In this document: positions 1 through 12,211 of the stretch, in pieces | How the letters are laid out: each line of letters opens with the position of its first letter | Numbering within the stretch: the first letter of the stretch is position 1 | Origin: Camelus ferus | Lineage: Eukaryota | DNA: 64,000 nucleotides | Direction: 5' to 3' | Assembly (NCBI RefSeq): GCF_009834535.1 | Contig: NC_045707.1 | Span: forward strand, 55,182,001-55,246,000 | Notes under the pieces: generated by a model | What the model was told of the DNA's origin: nothing | Databases searched by the model: none | What the model saw: only the letters and a program-made list of their open reading frames with translations | Position numbers and translations under genes: made by a program

Positions 1-9
1 TCAAGGTAA

Positions 10-90
10 AATTGGCTCCAGGCATGCCTGGTTTTGTCAGGAAGTGCTTACAAACTTTCAAGAAATAAATAATCTCACAGTTATATACCA
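10..90 (+). mobile_element. Degenerate L1 ORF2 fragment (old L1M)
   Basis: ggctccaggc...ggttttgtcaggaagtgcttacaaactttcaagaaataaataatc resembles the L1 ORF2 region encoding SPGPDGFTGEFYQTFKE. Confidence 0.45.
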
Positions 91-112
91 GTCTAGAGAG
101 GATAATCAATAT

Positions 113-195
113 ACCTATGTATCTATCATCTATCTATCTATGTATAGCATATGTGTAGATGTGCTAAATATAACATATACATATATATATATGTA
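113..195. repeat. (TATC)n / (TA)n microsatellite region
   Basis: tatctatcatctatctatctat and atatatatatat runs. Confidence 0.8.
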
Positions 196-859
196 TTTAC
201 CTTAATAAAATAAAAAAATTTTGAAATGTAAATACATTGACATAATCATTATAATTAAAGCCTTCATTGTGTTAAAAAGAAAATTCTATGTTAATTTAGC
301 TATAAACAAAGGCCTCCAGTATATCGTATTATTGCTTGTTTTGAAGTAGGAAGTAAGGATTCTGCAGATAAAAAGTAATCTTTTTGGTTTTATACCATAA
401 CATTTTTAATGCTGTCTTAACCTAACTCATATTCACCCAGTAATACGTAGCCCCAATGTCAGGTATTCCTTAGCCAAAATGTTCTCCAATCCTTTATTTT
501 GAAATTCTGATTTATCTAATATATATATTCCTCTATCAGAATGCTTGGGAGCATCTATAGAAAGATTAGGCAAGAGATCTAAGTGGTTATGCGGAAGACA
601 GGTGGGGAAAAGAGAAGGGAATAAATCATTGTGTTCTAGTCTGTGCTAAGCATTGTGATGATTACTTTATCCTTAATCCTCATAAGCTAACAAAGTAATT
701 ATTCACATTTGATAGATTACAAAATAGAATCAGAGACAGTTAATCTGACTTTACTTCGCAAGTGCTTTCCCGTACAATAGAGCAAGCTATCACTCTAAAT
801 GTGAAAACAGTAGATCAAAATTCAAGGTGAAAAATCTCAATTACATTAATGAAGGACAT

Positions 860-1100
860 TAGAGGACAGTGGTTAAGACCACAGAGTAAAACTAGACAGT
901 CTGGTTTCAAATTCAGTTCTGAGATTTATTGTTTGTGACCTTGGGCAAATTTCATAACCTACTGTACTTTAATTGCTTCAACTTTAATGAAGAGATGGTA
1001 ATAAATCCTGCTTCCTAGTGTATTATAAAAGACACAAAGAGTATACATATATATAAACACCTAGGAAAATGCTTGGTACTTAGAGCTTTATAGGTTTGCT
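860..1100 (+). mobile_element. MIR SINE
   Basis: cagtggttaaga...ggtttcaaattc...tgtgaccttgggcaaattt MIR core. Confidence 0.75.
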
Positions 1101-1346
1101 AGTAATTGTTTCATAAAATTAAACTTAGTAGGGAAAAATAAGAATTTTCTGTCTTATAAACCAGAACATACTTCCTGGTCACTGTTGTGCCTCTTCTACA
1201 AACAAGACACGGTGAATCCGCTAATTTCTTTTTTCTTAATTCTTCAGTAGTCTTTAACTATCTCAAGTAAAGTGAAATTTCCTATAGCTTTTTTTTTTTT
1301 TTTTTGAGTATTAATATCCTTCTCTAACTTAGAGCAATCGCCCTAG

Positions 1347-1566
1347 GTAATAGTTAATTTTTTGTGTCATTTGCCTGGGGCCACAGTGCTCAGGTATTTG
1401 TTCCTGTGAGGGTGTTTTTGGATGAGATTTACATTTAAGTTGGTGGACTTTGAATAAAGCAGGTTGCTGTCCATAATGTGGGTGAGACTTATCTGATCAG
1501 CTGATGGTCAGGATAGAACAAAAGGTGTGACATCCCTGAGTAAGAGGAAATTCCCCAGCAGAATGG
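1347..1566 (+). mobile_element. MLT2-type ERVL LTR, 5' part
   Basis: gttaattttttgtgtca...ctgtgagggtgtttttggatgagatttacattt...gtccataatgtgggtg matches recalled MLT2 start. Confidence 0.75.
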
Positions 1567-1569
1567 AGA

Positions 1570-2350
1570 GTCATCCAGTATGTTGCAAGTATAATAGATA
1601 TTTTTCCTTTTTATTTCTGAGTGTCATTCTAGGGTATAGGTGTACCACATTTTATTTAATCAGTCACAAATTGAAAAATATCTGGGTTATTTTCTGCTGG
1701 GGTTATTTTCTGCTGAGTTTATTATGAAAAAGCTCCATTGTATAGTAGTTGTATGCGTAGTTTTTTTTGTTGTTGTTGTTGTTTAAAGAAACTGCCAATC
1801 TGTCTTCTGGAATTGTCACTTTACATTCCCACTGACTATGCATAAATGATCCAGTTTCTCTACATCTTTCCAGGATTTGATGTTGTCTCTATTTTTCCCT
1901 CTTCTGATAGGTATTCAGTTTCTCGTTATGGTTTTAATTTGTATTTCACTAATGGCAAACAGCTATTCATATGCTTGCTTGCCATTTGTTTATCATCTTC
2001 AATAATATGTCTATGCCCATTTTCTAATTTGTTTGTTTTTCTGTGAAGTTAGAGTTCTTCATATGTTCCAAACACTAGGCCCCTGTCAGATACATGTGGT
2101 TTGCAAATATTTTATCCCAGTGTGTAGCTTGTCTTTCCATCCTTCTAGCAAAGTGTTTACCAAAGCAAAAAGTTTTAATTTGATAAACTCTAATTTATTA
2201 ATTTTTCCCTTTATGGAATATTCTTTTGGAATCAAATCTAAGAACTCTTTATCTAACCTTAGATTTCAAAGATTTTCTCCTAGATTTCTTTCTAAAAGTT
2301 TTCTGGTTTCATGATTTATATTTAGGTCCATGATGCATTTCAAGTCAGGG
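1570..2350 (-). mobile_element. Old L1 (L1MC/MD-like) ORF2 end and 3' UTR
   Basis: aagaaactgcca, ttacattcccac, ggttttaatttgtatttc, ttgcaaatattttatcccag: reverse-complement L1 ORF2 C-terminal motifs. Confidence 0.8.
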
Positions 2351-2359
2351 TATATTACA

Positions 2360-2815
2360 ATCTTGAAAGGGTAACATTCTAGGCTCACCCCAAACTTTTG
2401 CTGGCATGTATGCAGGTGGGGTCACATTTTTTTCCTGTGGTGTTTGAATGGAGTACAGCTGTTATTGTCTATAAATTTCTTGGGCTTTTGCTTAGAGATA
2501 GCAGACTTGGGGGAAGTTTTTATTGGTTGTTTTGCGGGCGGTTGCTTATTTTTTGTCTGTTCTTACTGGCATTTCTGAGTTGCTGGCTTCTTATCTCCAT
2601 GTCTGAAATATATGAGGCCAAAAAAAAACCTAGGGAACTCAGCACCGTGTCATTCACCAGATCCCAAAGTGGCTAGTCAATCTGCCTCATTCTCTTCACC
2701 TTTAGAGTCCTTTTATGTTTGCTTTATATATAATATACATGAGTTTTAGTTATATTAAATAGTAGGAACAGAGAAAATTGTGTCTACTACCTTTTCCCAG
2801 AAGTGGCAATCCTCA
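2360..2815 (-). mobile_element. Old L1 5' end (L1MC/MD 5'-UTR-like)
   Basis: Ends ...tctactaccttttcccagaagtggcaatcc, like the reverse complement of an L1M 5' terminus. Confidence 0.55.
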
Positions 2816-2829
2816 CTTAAGATTGAATT

Positions 2830-2960
2830 TGCATTTGTTTCTTCATCTTATAAGATAATATAGAAATACAGTCTTACACATGAGTTCACTGTATGAATTT
2901 AATAAGTTAGTATATTTAAAGTATCTATAAAAGTGTGTGATATAATAAGCACTTAATATT
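2830..2960 (+). mobile_element. MIR 3' fragment
   Basis: ttcttcatcttataagataatat...aataagcacttaata. Confidence 0.5.
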
Positions 2961-3499
2961 TGATGTATATAATTAATATATAATTATTTCTCTTTTATGT
3001 CTAACTAATGAATTCCATGTAGCTAAATAGAATCCCATGTTAAAGATTTATGTATGATTTAATTCACATGCACAAACACAAGTTGAACTGTAATAGATTC
3101 AGAATAACAATACTTTTTAATAATTGAAAGTTGTCCTTAAAATCACAAAAATTGCTCCTCTTTTCAAAATACATGTTGTATCTTTGACTATAAATTCTAT
3201 AAGTGAAGGAAACAACTGAATTCCCCTAGGCCTATTAAATGGGATGTCATTGATACGTGTGTTGGATGAATGATAGGCGTTTCAGAATTTAGTTTAGGCT
3301 GTAGCCTAAATCTCCTATTTTTTATGATGGCATGAAAAAGGAACTGAAGCTTTCTCTGTCTCCTCTTTTTCCTTTCTTTTCCTCTCTTCTGTTTTTCTTC
3401 CCTTCCTTTCCTGAACAATTTAGTCCTACAGGGCTTAGCAGGGCTAGGCATTATATGCATCTGGATTTAGGAGAATCACAGTAGTCGAGTGTTAATCCA

Positions 3500-4410
3500 G
3501 AGCCAGCCTTTGCATGAGGAAGAAGTTCAAACTGGTGGGTAGCTTTGCTCAAGAGCCAGAGCCCAGGAAAGATAAGGAAGCTGTCTGATTGAGGGGCTTG
3601 GAGTTTCACAGCTGCAGTGGCCTGGGGTGGTATATGGGAGGTTGCCCAGACAGGTTGCAGGGTGAGGATTAGAGGTAAGGAGGTACCCACATATGAAAGG
3701 GCAGTCAGGTGCAGGGTGTCAGAACCCAACCAAAAACAGAAGGAAATCTGTGCAGGAAGGCAATATTGAGAATTTGGTTATGTACAGGAGGACCATTCAA
3801 ATAAGTATATTCATGGTGTATAATGGGAGCCAGGTGTCTCACTGTCTGAGAAGGGAGTCATGAATTAAAAAAAAGAGAGAGAGAAGGCTAGTAAGCCTCG
3901 TGGTTTGGGACCGGTATTGATGGTATCAGTATGAACTCATGGTCTTCGATATAAATTTAAATAGGTAGAAAAATAAATATAGATGTATAATTTAGTCACA
4001 AGCTTTGTACACTAAGCTCAAGATTAATGAGCACACTTCAAGACATGGCTTTACATACCAACATCCACTAAAAAGAGAAACTAGAACTTTTTTGGAAAAA
4101 AAAGGTTGATTCCAAGGCTGAGTCAGGGAAATTTCAAAGGACCCTGCAACATTTAGTTTATAAAATAACAAAGTGCTTAAAGAATAATTCAGCCTTGTCA
4201 AAAGGACCTAGAAATAGCTTGAAGGTTCTTTTGCTGCCTCAAATGGAGACACTGAGAATCAAAAAGTATATAATTATAATAACAGATCACAAACTGCTGA
4301 ATAAAATAAGGGTGTATGTATTTGTACTGACTTTAATTAATGAATGTAGAATATTATGAGCAATTAGATATTTATGTAGCCTCAAATTACCTCACGACAG
4401 AATACTGCAT
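3500..4410 (+). mobile_element. L1MD/L1MC3-like 3' UTR
   Basis: gggtgtcagaaccca, caaataagtatatt...aatgggagccaggt, ggtatcagtatgaactcatgg, aggctgagtcagggaaa motifs. Confidence 0.65.
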
Positions 4411-4914
4411 TCTGTGAATTGACACACAATGACAGTGTGTCAATATCTGGTGATGTTAACATTGATCATTGATTGAGATGGGATCTTCCAGGCTTCTGTG
4501 CTGTAAATATATTATTTTCTTCTCTTTGTTGTTAAGAAGTATTCTACTGGGAGGTACTTCAAGGAAACTAGAATTTAGGATCAATGTATATAGGATTTAA
4601 ACTGCTAATCAATATATTACATTTTCTTGTGTTTTACATTATTCTTCTGTGGATTTACAGAATGCATACTGAATAAGAATTACTCTGTATTTTTTGCACC
4701 CAGGTTTAGTCTCAGATGTTTTGGATACCAAATAGGTGATATTGAGATATAAATATTAATGAAGTAACTTATTACCAAACTCTCATCTTTTTGGAAACAG
4801 AACTTAAAGTATATGAATAGCTTTTACTTGTGAACCAAATTTTTCTTGGATTTATGTCCTCTCTATGGAGTATACAAGTCAATTTTTTCAAAAAGGAAAG
4901 GTTTATAAAATACA

Positions 4915-5080
4915 TAATCACTATATGCCACATTGTGCTGAGCACTTTACATGTTATCTTAGGCATTTTTCATATTAACTCTTTCTGCATTTTGTAAATA
5001 ACACATGGAGTCGACTATCACAAATACTTTATATTAGAGCTAGGATTTAAAACCACACTGCAAGAATACAAACCCCTTTT
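4915..5080 (-). mobile_element. MIR SINE
   Basis: cactatatgccacattgtgctgagcactttacatgttatctt...agagctaggatttaaaacc. Confidence 0.6.
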
Positions 5081-6277
5081 TGTGCCACAACACAACCAGC
5101 TACCAATTATGTGTTGTCGAGCAATTATTTGCCAGAAACTAAGGCATGATATTGAAATTTAAATTTCAAATAGCTTTTCAATGTTGTCCCTTATTTTTCC
5201 CCTACATTCACAAGGAAATAGTCTAATCTGCTCCATCCTCCTGGGTAAATGTCTTCCCTAACATAGACTTTTAAATGACTGAGCCCCATAACATATTCGA
5301 CTTATAAGTTTTACCCTACTCCTTCCACGCTTAACACTTTCTCTTTCCACTTGTTATTTCTTCTTAAATTACCCACTCTCATGTCTTGGATTTCCTTTAA
5401 GAAACCAACTCAGTGTTTTGCATAGAGTGCCAGGCTTTCTGTAGATACTGATTTAGATTTAAATAGTTTAATAATAAGGTCAACTTATATCCTCTTCTAA
5501 AATTTATTCCAGCATTTAGATATATTACAAAAGAAGTAGTGAAATTAAAAGGTCTAAAGAAAACTGTGGCTGAAATGTTGCTGGAATAATTTAAGACAGA
5601 TGATATAGTTAGCAACATGCATTTTCTGTAGACACAGAGCAAAATCCAAACAAGTGATTTTTTTTTTTTCACTTCTGACTAAAAGTTACAATGAGAAAAT
5701 ACTATCTTGTGGTGGGAAGAAACATATTTGAGGTTTTATTTTAGTGAGTTCAAGAAATGTTTCTCATTTTTCGTTTGAGAGGCAATAGTAGGGAGAAATA
5801 AGAAGAAATCATCCTTTCCTGTTATCTTTTCTGTAGACTAGATAAATTAGAAATTAGAAAAGAAAGTTTTTGTACTATCCAACAGCTGGAGGGTTTTTGG
5901 CATTAAGGACTGGAAAAAATTGAAGGAAAAGGAAGAACCTTTGATATAAAATAATTGGAAAGATACAAAGCTTTCTTTGAAGCCAGTTATACAAATTAAA
6001 GAGAGATGAACCAGGAATGGACAATCACTAATAATCAAATTGATAATGATAAAAAATAAATAAATATGATGTGATACATCTTATGTTTTTGCATTTTCAA
6101 TTGAAAATGTAAAAAAAGAAACTCAGTAATATTCTGATACAGAGAAACTGTGAGCAAATGCTTAATAAATCTAAATAACCTAAATATGTTTCTGGAAATG
6201 ATGTTATAAGTTGCACCTGACTAGTCCTGTCACAGTAAACAATTTTAAGCTGGACAGTGTGTATAGTGAAATTATTT

Positions 6278-6658
6278 TCAGCTCAACAGGCAAAATAATG
6301 CTATAACTCTGAGAAAAAGGAAGTTTATGAATTCAACTTTGGCACACATGCCGTACTTGCTGCCTAGAGTCAATTTCCTGACCACATTGCAGAAAACTAG
6401 AGTTTGAATAGAGCACAGTAAGTAGTGCTGCTGTGAGCACTGGGGTGCATGCATAAGATCAGTTTTTTTTAATCCTCTGCTACCTACACAGACAAGATTA
6501 GGGCTGTCTTTGCAAAGGGTCATCACTTTGAGTAAGAGCAGTATCTCTCAAGAGCAGTACTTGCCTCTCTCTACACCTCTCTGCTCCATGCAATAAATTT
6601 GGGGTGATGGTATTGTGCAGGCCACCATGACAAACTGTGCGCAATTAAAACTAAATTT
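6278..6658 (-). pseudogene. Possible extreme C-terminal fragment of the bornavirus-like L element
   Basis: About 127 codons with one internal stop (includes ORF 6278-6526). LVCVG...FCNVVRKLTLGSK has the same spacing as recalled BoDV L LLVVG...WSADLKRITVGGR; same strand and order as the core fragment. Confidence 0.3.
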
Positions 6659-6929
6659 TAAGTTTAATTTTAATTTAAAAAAATTTATTTACATTTTAAT
6701 TTATCCATACCTACTCAGATTCAAGCAGAAAGTCTAAGAATTGTCAGCTATTTTTAATTTTGTAAAAGACTTCATTCTGGATTACCTTTTTTAGTAATCC
6801 ACCAACTGACTCTGACTTTGTTTTTCATCCAGGTGCAGATACAACTAAAAAAAATTAAATGTACATTTTTTCATTAAATTTTGTCGTGGAACTTTTTATT
6901 GTTTTCTTCTACTCTCTTGCTTTTAAAAA

Positions 6930-8700
6930 TATTAAAGTTCTAGAGTATATAAAATGATTAATACCATTTAATCATGATTAAATTGGACTTATCTGATGAC
7001 TAGCAGAGTAGTTTAACATTAGAAATTTGACAAATTAAATGTGTCATTTTAAGAGCTTAAGGAATATGATCTTCCCAAATGATACAGGAAAACATTATGT
7101 TAAAATGCAAAAAACCTCCTAAGTAAAATTTCTTAGCAAACTAGGAATTGAAACTTCTTTAACCTTATAATGGTCACCTATAAAAAAGAAAAACAATTAT
7201 TCTTATTGAAGAGAATTTTGAAGTATTTCCTTTGAAATAATGAACAAGACAGTTATGCCCACTATCTATTCCACATCAGGTGAAAATTGTACTGCAGGTT
7301 CTAGACAAAACTTTCTGCATGACGACTGGCATAGATTTTCAAAAATGTTAATGTCATTATAGATATGGTTCTTGGTTATAAGAAAAAATTGACAGTGGGG
7401 AAGACCTTAATATGAACTTTGTATTAGTCAATATAATTCTATCAATATTAAATTCCTATGAATGTGATAATGGTATTTTGTTTATTTATGTTGGGAGATA
7501 CATACTGAAATATGTAAAAGTAAGGTCCCATTGTATCTGCAATTTACTTTTAAGCAATGTGCATAAATACGTGTGTGAGTGTTTCTATAGGTGTGAATTC
7601 ACACAGAGAAAGAAAGCAAATGTTATTAAAGAGCAATTGGTGAGTCTAGATAAAAGATATATATAGGTGTTCCCTGTACTATTCTTTCCAATTTTCAGTA
7701 TATTTGATATTTTAAAAATTAAGTCTTTTAAAATATAGTGAAGAATAAAATGGACTATTCAGTAAATTATACCAGTAAATAAAATATCTACATTAAAAAA
7801 GAGAGAAATGTGATCCATATTAAAGAATTATTTCCACATAAATTAAAATCTTATTCGGGAAAGAAAACTGTTAAAGATTTACAATGTAAGAGTATATCTT
7901 TAAGTGTAAAGACCATAAAGAAAATGAATGGTAAATATGAATGCCTTACATTTAGCAAAACAAAATGGAAGTAAAAGCCACATAATTGTGGTTCTCCCAG
8001 TGTATATAACTGTCAACAAATTAGTATCCAGGATATGTAAGAATGCTTACAGTAAATAAGAGACAAAAAAATTACAATAGAAAATTAGACAAAAGATTTG
8101 TATAGACAATTCACAGTAAAGAAATCACAAATAGCCAATAAACATAAAAAAATGTTTTTAGACTCACAATTATGGAAATTTTAATTAAAACTAGAGAGAA
8201 AACATCAGCTCACATTGTTTAAAGTAGCCAAAAATTGATATTGATGATACCAAGTATTTGCCAAATTTTTTGAGACATAGAAAGTTCCATACATGGTTGG
8301 TGAGGCTATGAATTAGCATAGTCACCATGGAAAACAAAATGGCACTTAAACAGATAAATAATAATATTCCCTCTACCCATTAAATCCACTTTAGATATAT
8401 ACCCCAGGGGAACTGTCACACCTGCACGAGGTAGAATGTGCAAGAATGTTCATGGCACCATTACTTGCAGTAGTTAAATCTTGCAGGCAGACTAAATACC
8501 CATTAGCAGTATAATGGTAATTTCTATTTTGTTGTATTTCTTCAATGGAATATAATACAGCAACTAAATTGTGTATATTAGAGCATATGTAACAACATAG
8601 ATAAATCTCAAAAACCTAATATTAAGGAGTAAAGAACATTTTAGAAGGATTTTGTAGTGTATCAGTAATGAAACATGCAGACAGGTTAAATGTTACCTAG
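6930..8700 (+). mobile_element. Cluster of ancient L1ME/L1MC fragments (ORF2 remnants and 3' UTR)
   Basis: cttagcaaactaggaattgaa, aatagccaataaacat, agatatataccccaggg, aatggaatataatacagc. Confidence 0.7.
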
Positions 8701-8719
8701 AGACATAGGCATGTGTAGA

Positions 8720-9048
8720 GATGTTTCACAAAGGAAGAAAATAATGAAGCCATAGAACACAAATAAGATGCTATCTGTAAGTTCACTTTTAGTCCTCTTT
8801 GAGATAAGCAAAACACACCTTCTACCTATTTTAAGATTTCATTGTACAGAAAGCCACAGAAGTGTACCTTAATTCTATCCAAACTAAGACCAAATTCCTT
8901 GCCTTGAGGTATCTCTACTAACTCTAATCTCAGATTTTCCCAAGAATGTCTTGCTTAAGCTCATTCCTTGACCTAGTTTTAACTGATCTCTCCATGTCTG
9001 TGTTTTTAATGTACACTCAAACTGACTTTCCAGAATTTGATCTTCTCC
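8720..9048 (-). pseudogene. Probable continuation of the bornavirus-like L element beyond the LTR insertion
   Basis: Two overlapping long open stretches: GEDQILESQFECTLKTQ...SKTFL and WENLRLELVE...QRGLKV. Weak resemblance to recalled BoDV L LEELEFNAYL...CKALF...QSFRLALMD. Confidence 0.4.
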
Positions 9049-9050
9049 TG

Positions 9051-9640
9051 TGTGCTAGATTATTCTATTAACTTGGTGCTTCCAAGAACTGTTTCCTATA
9101 ATTGTTTTTCCTTTCATGTGCCAGCATAGAGTTAGAAAAAAGTTAATTTATGCAAAATTGGAAAGGCAAAAATGAAATAGCAGTTGTTATTCTCTGAAGG
9201 CCATTGTTGGCTAAAAATGATAAAAGCAGATGTAAAGCTAACAGGGAGCTGGGTTTGTCTTCAACCTTCTCCATTTCTCATTTAACTCTTCTTCCCAACT
9301 GCCATCATTCCTGACACAAACCCACCCCTAAACACTTTGCTCCAGTTTGATAGAGACGGTGACCATCAAGAGCTAGTAAGGTGTCAGATTCCCACATAAA
9401 TTCCCTTCTTGATTTCCAGTGAAGCAGATGGATATGGATATATCTAGTTTCCAAGTTTCCCTGAAAGCCTCAGCTGTTTCTCTGGTGTCCAGGTTGGTAA
9501 GTATTTCCCCCTGGTATGTAGATTCCCTTTTATTCCCCATCTCCTCACACAGTTGGGTATAAGTTAACTCCTATAATAAATTCCCTGTTTTTCAGTCCTC
9601 AGAGTAATTGTGCTTTCCTGATTAATCCTCAGTTGTTAAA
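9051..9640 (+). mobile_element. Ancient ERVL-class solo LTR (LTR16/LTR33/LTR50-like)
   Basis: Starts tgtgct; 3' end has aataaattccctg...gctttcctgattaatcctcagttgttaaa, like ERVL LTR termini. Confidence 0.55.
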
Positions 9641-10602
9641 ATGAGCACCCCCAAACCTAAGTATATTCTCCCCTCCTCTGCACCTACTAATAAGATACTT
9701 CAGCTTTATACTGAACCAAGATATAGGAATATCTTCATGAATCTAACATGCTTTCTAGGTTGAGATCAGTTGATTAAGCTCTACCTTTCTCTGTTCTGGT
9801 GATTAAATTCTCCTTCATGTTTAGAAAATAATATAATCACACCAATCATCACAATGTGGCAGAGCAATAAGACTACTAGAGTAACCTTTTATTCTTAGAG
9901 ATTCACCAGGCACTTTTTTCATCTTTCAGTAAATCTGATGAGGCTCTAACTATATTCCTGTGTTTAGAATGGAGCTTGTTTCAAGTATGATAAAGAGGAC
10001 CATACTGCGTCCATGACAAACTGGTAGAATGCTGATAAGCCCTAGTGGTGTTGATTCCCTGTAGATGTTCTTCAATGTGTCTTTTCCTGCAAGAACGGGA
10101 TCCAATTCTCATAAACACATAGGATCGCCCTGCTGATTATTGATGAGAATTAAACTTAGAAAGTATTCATGATTCAATTTCAGTAAAGCTTGCCAGAACC
10201 TTTTGGAGATGCAGTAGCTATCTTGGCAACCAAAGCTGCTATAGACGTTGTCGTATCTTGGACATTCTTGCTTCCAGTAGGTAATAATCAGTGTTTGAAA
10301 CTTTGACCTAGAACATCCAAAAACTCATGGAAGTTGCTTTTTCTACTTGTAACCTGTATAACTGACAAGTCAGCTGTATAAAAATAATTGCTTTAACAAG
10401 AAACTGGGATTTTTGAGTGATGAGAACAAGGAAACCTATCAGTATATTGATAAAGAAAAATATAGCTCTGTCAACTCACAATCCTGTGTACTTTTACCCA
10501 TTTTATAGCTGTATCTTTCCTTTTATGTATCAATCAACCTACATTTTTTTAACAATCAATATTTTTCCATTCACAATCATCATCAGATTCATCATATATA
10601 TA
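9640..10602 (-). pseudogene. Candidate endogenous bornavirus-like L (EBLL) element, decayed C-terminal region of the L polymerase
   Basis: Minus-strand translation with stops and about 3 frameshifts gives, in order: VG*LIHK, DRFPCSHHSKIPVS (10440-10399), LVAKIA (10233-10216), TEIES*ILSKF (10184-10152), HIEE, SLSWTQ (from 10022), LLCHIVMIGVIILF (LCHI 9864-9853), DIPISW...GGENILRF (DIP 9733-9725). Recalled BoDV-1 L has LGILIGK, ERFSVSDMQKLPWS, LVAKLV, VEIEVSGINSKY, FVEE, SLSWSK, DLCHLPALTIILVL, DIPHSL...AGPGVIRL in the same order. Confidence 0.7.
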
Positions 10603-10654
10603 TTAGAATAACTTGAATCTCTGGAAAAATGTTATCTATAAAAAAATTTGAGAG

Positions 10655-10845
10655 ACTGGTTGTGTAGGATCTTAGTTTCTGCATTTAAACAAATCTAGAA
10701 TTCAATGCTGGTTTCTCTGCATTATTCATGAGACCTTATTCACACTGCTTAAGAGATTGGATCCTCAGTTTCATAAACTGCAAAATGGGAATAAAAGGAC
10801 TATTCATTCACCTTCTAGGGTTGTTGTGAAGATTATAATATACTA
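10655..10845 (+). mobile_element. MIR SINE
   Basis: cctcagtttcataaactgcaaaatgggaataa...tagggttgttgtgaagatta MIR core. Confidence 0.75.
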
Positions 10846-10879
10846 TGCACATTTTAGAATATATTTGCATATGTATAGT

Positions 10880-12210
10880 TTTTATTATTTATTTTATACT
10901 GGTATAATTTACATAAATGGAAATACTCAGATCTTAAATGTACCCTTCAATCAATTTTCAAACTGATAAACACAAAACATTTCTCTCACCTCAGTGAGTT
11001 TCCCTATGTCCCTTCCCAGTCAATTTCCCATCCCAGAAGGCACTACTGATCTGATATCTAACAACTATCTAGTATAGTGTGGTACATATGTGTTAAACAA
11101 AAGACCCAATAACTAGTGCCCTTTTATAATCCTATTTCCGATCAATGCAGGAGAAACCTATGACCTATAAAACTTTTCAAATAAATGGAATCATAGAGCG
11201 TATTCTTTTCAGTATTTGGCTTCTGTTACTCTGCCCAATATTTCTGAGATCTAGCCATATTGTTATATATATCAATATTTTATTACTTTTAATTGCTGTG
11301 TTATATTCCACTATTTAAATATATAACACTTCATATATTCCTGTCTATGGAAATCTGGATTATTTCTGACTTTTGGATATTATAAGGCTATTATGAAAAT
11401 TCGTATAGAAGCTGTTTTCTAAATGTATATTCTCATTACTACTGGGTAAACATATAGAACTGGAATTCCTGGATTGTTTAATTTCTTTGAAGAAATTGCC
11501 AAATTGTTTTCCAAAGTAGTTGTATCATTTTATAGTATAGACAAAAAAGTATCAAAGTTGCATCTTTTCCAACATTTAGTGTTGTCAGTTTTCAGTTTTT
11601 TTCATTTTAACTTCTGTAGCAGTATCTTAGTATAGTTTTAATTTGTATGTTCATAATAATGTTCACTACTTTTTTATGCTCCTTGACCACTTGTGTATAT
11701 TATTTTAGTAAATGTTAGTTTAATTCTTCAATTTTTGAAAATTGGCATATTCATTTTTTTATTATTGAATTGCAGGTATTGTTTACATATTTTTAGTAAG
11801 AGTCCTTTTTCAGATATTAGGGTTTCAAATAGTCTCTCCCACTATGTAAGTTTATTTATATTATCAGTGATATTTCTTTACTTTGTGATGAACCCTAAAA
11901 TTTTAATCTTGATAAAGCCTAACTTTCCAAACAAAAATGTACATTTTATGCTTTCTCTGGTCCCTAAAGAATCCTTTGCCTAACCCAGGATCTCGAGGAT
12001 TTTCTCCAGTGTTGTATTCTACAAACTGTATTGGTTTAACTCTTACATTGAGCTTCATAATTCATTGCACATTGATATTTCTCACAGATGGTATAAGAGG
12101 GGAGGGTGAGTTTCTTTATTTCTATAGGGAAATCCTATTGTTCCAACACCATTTTTTTAAGAGATTTCTCCTTTTCTCATCAAATTGCTTTGACTCTCTT
12201 TGACTTTGTT
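10880..12210 (-). mobile_element. Old L1 (L1ME/MC) 3' region
   Basis: aaatggaatcatag, tttccaaagtagttgtatcatttt, ttgttccaacaccattt reverse-complement L1 motifs. Confidence 0.75.
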
Positions 12211-12211
12211 G

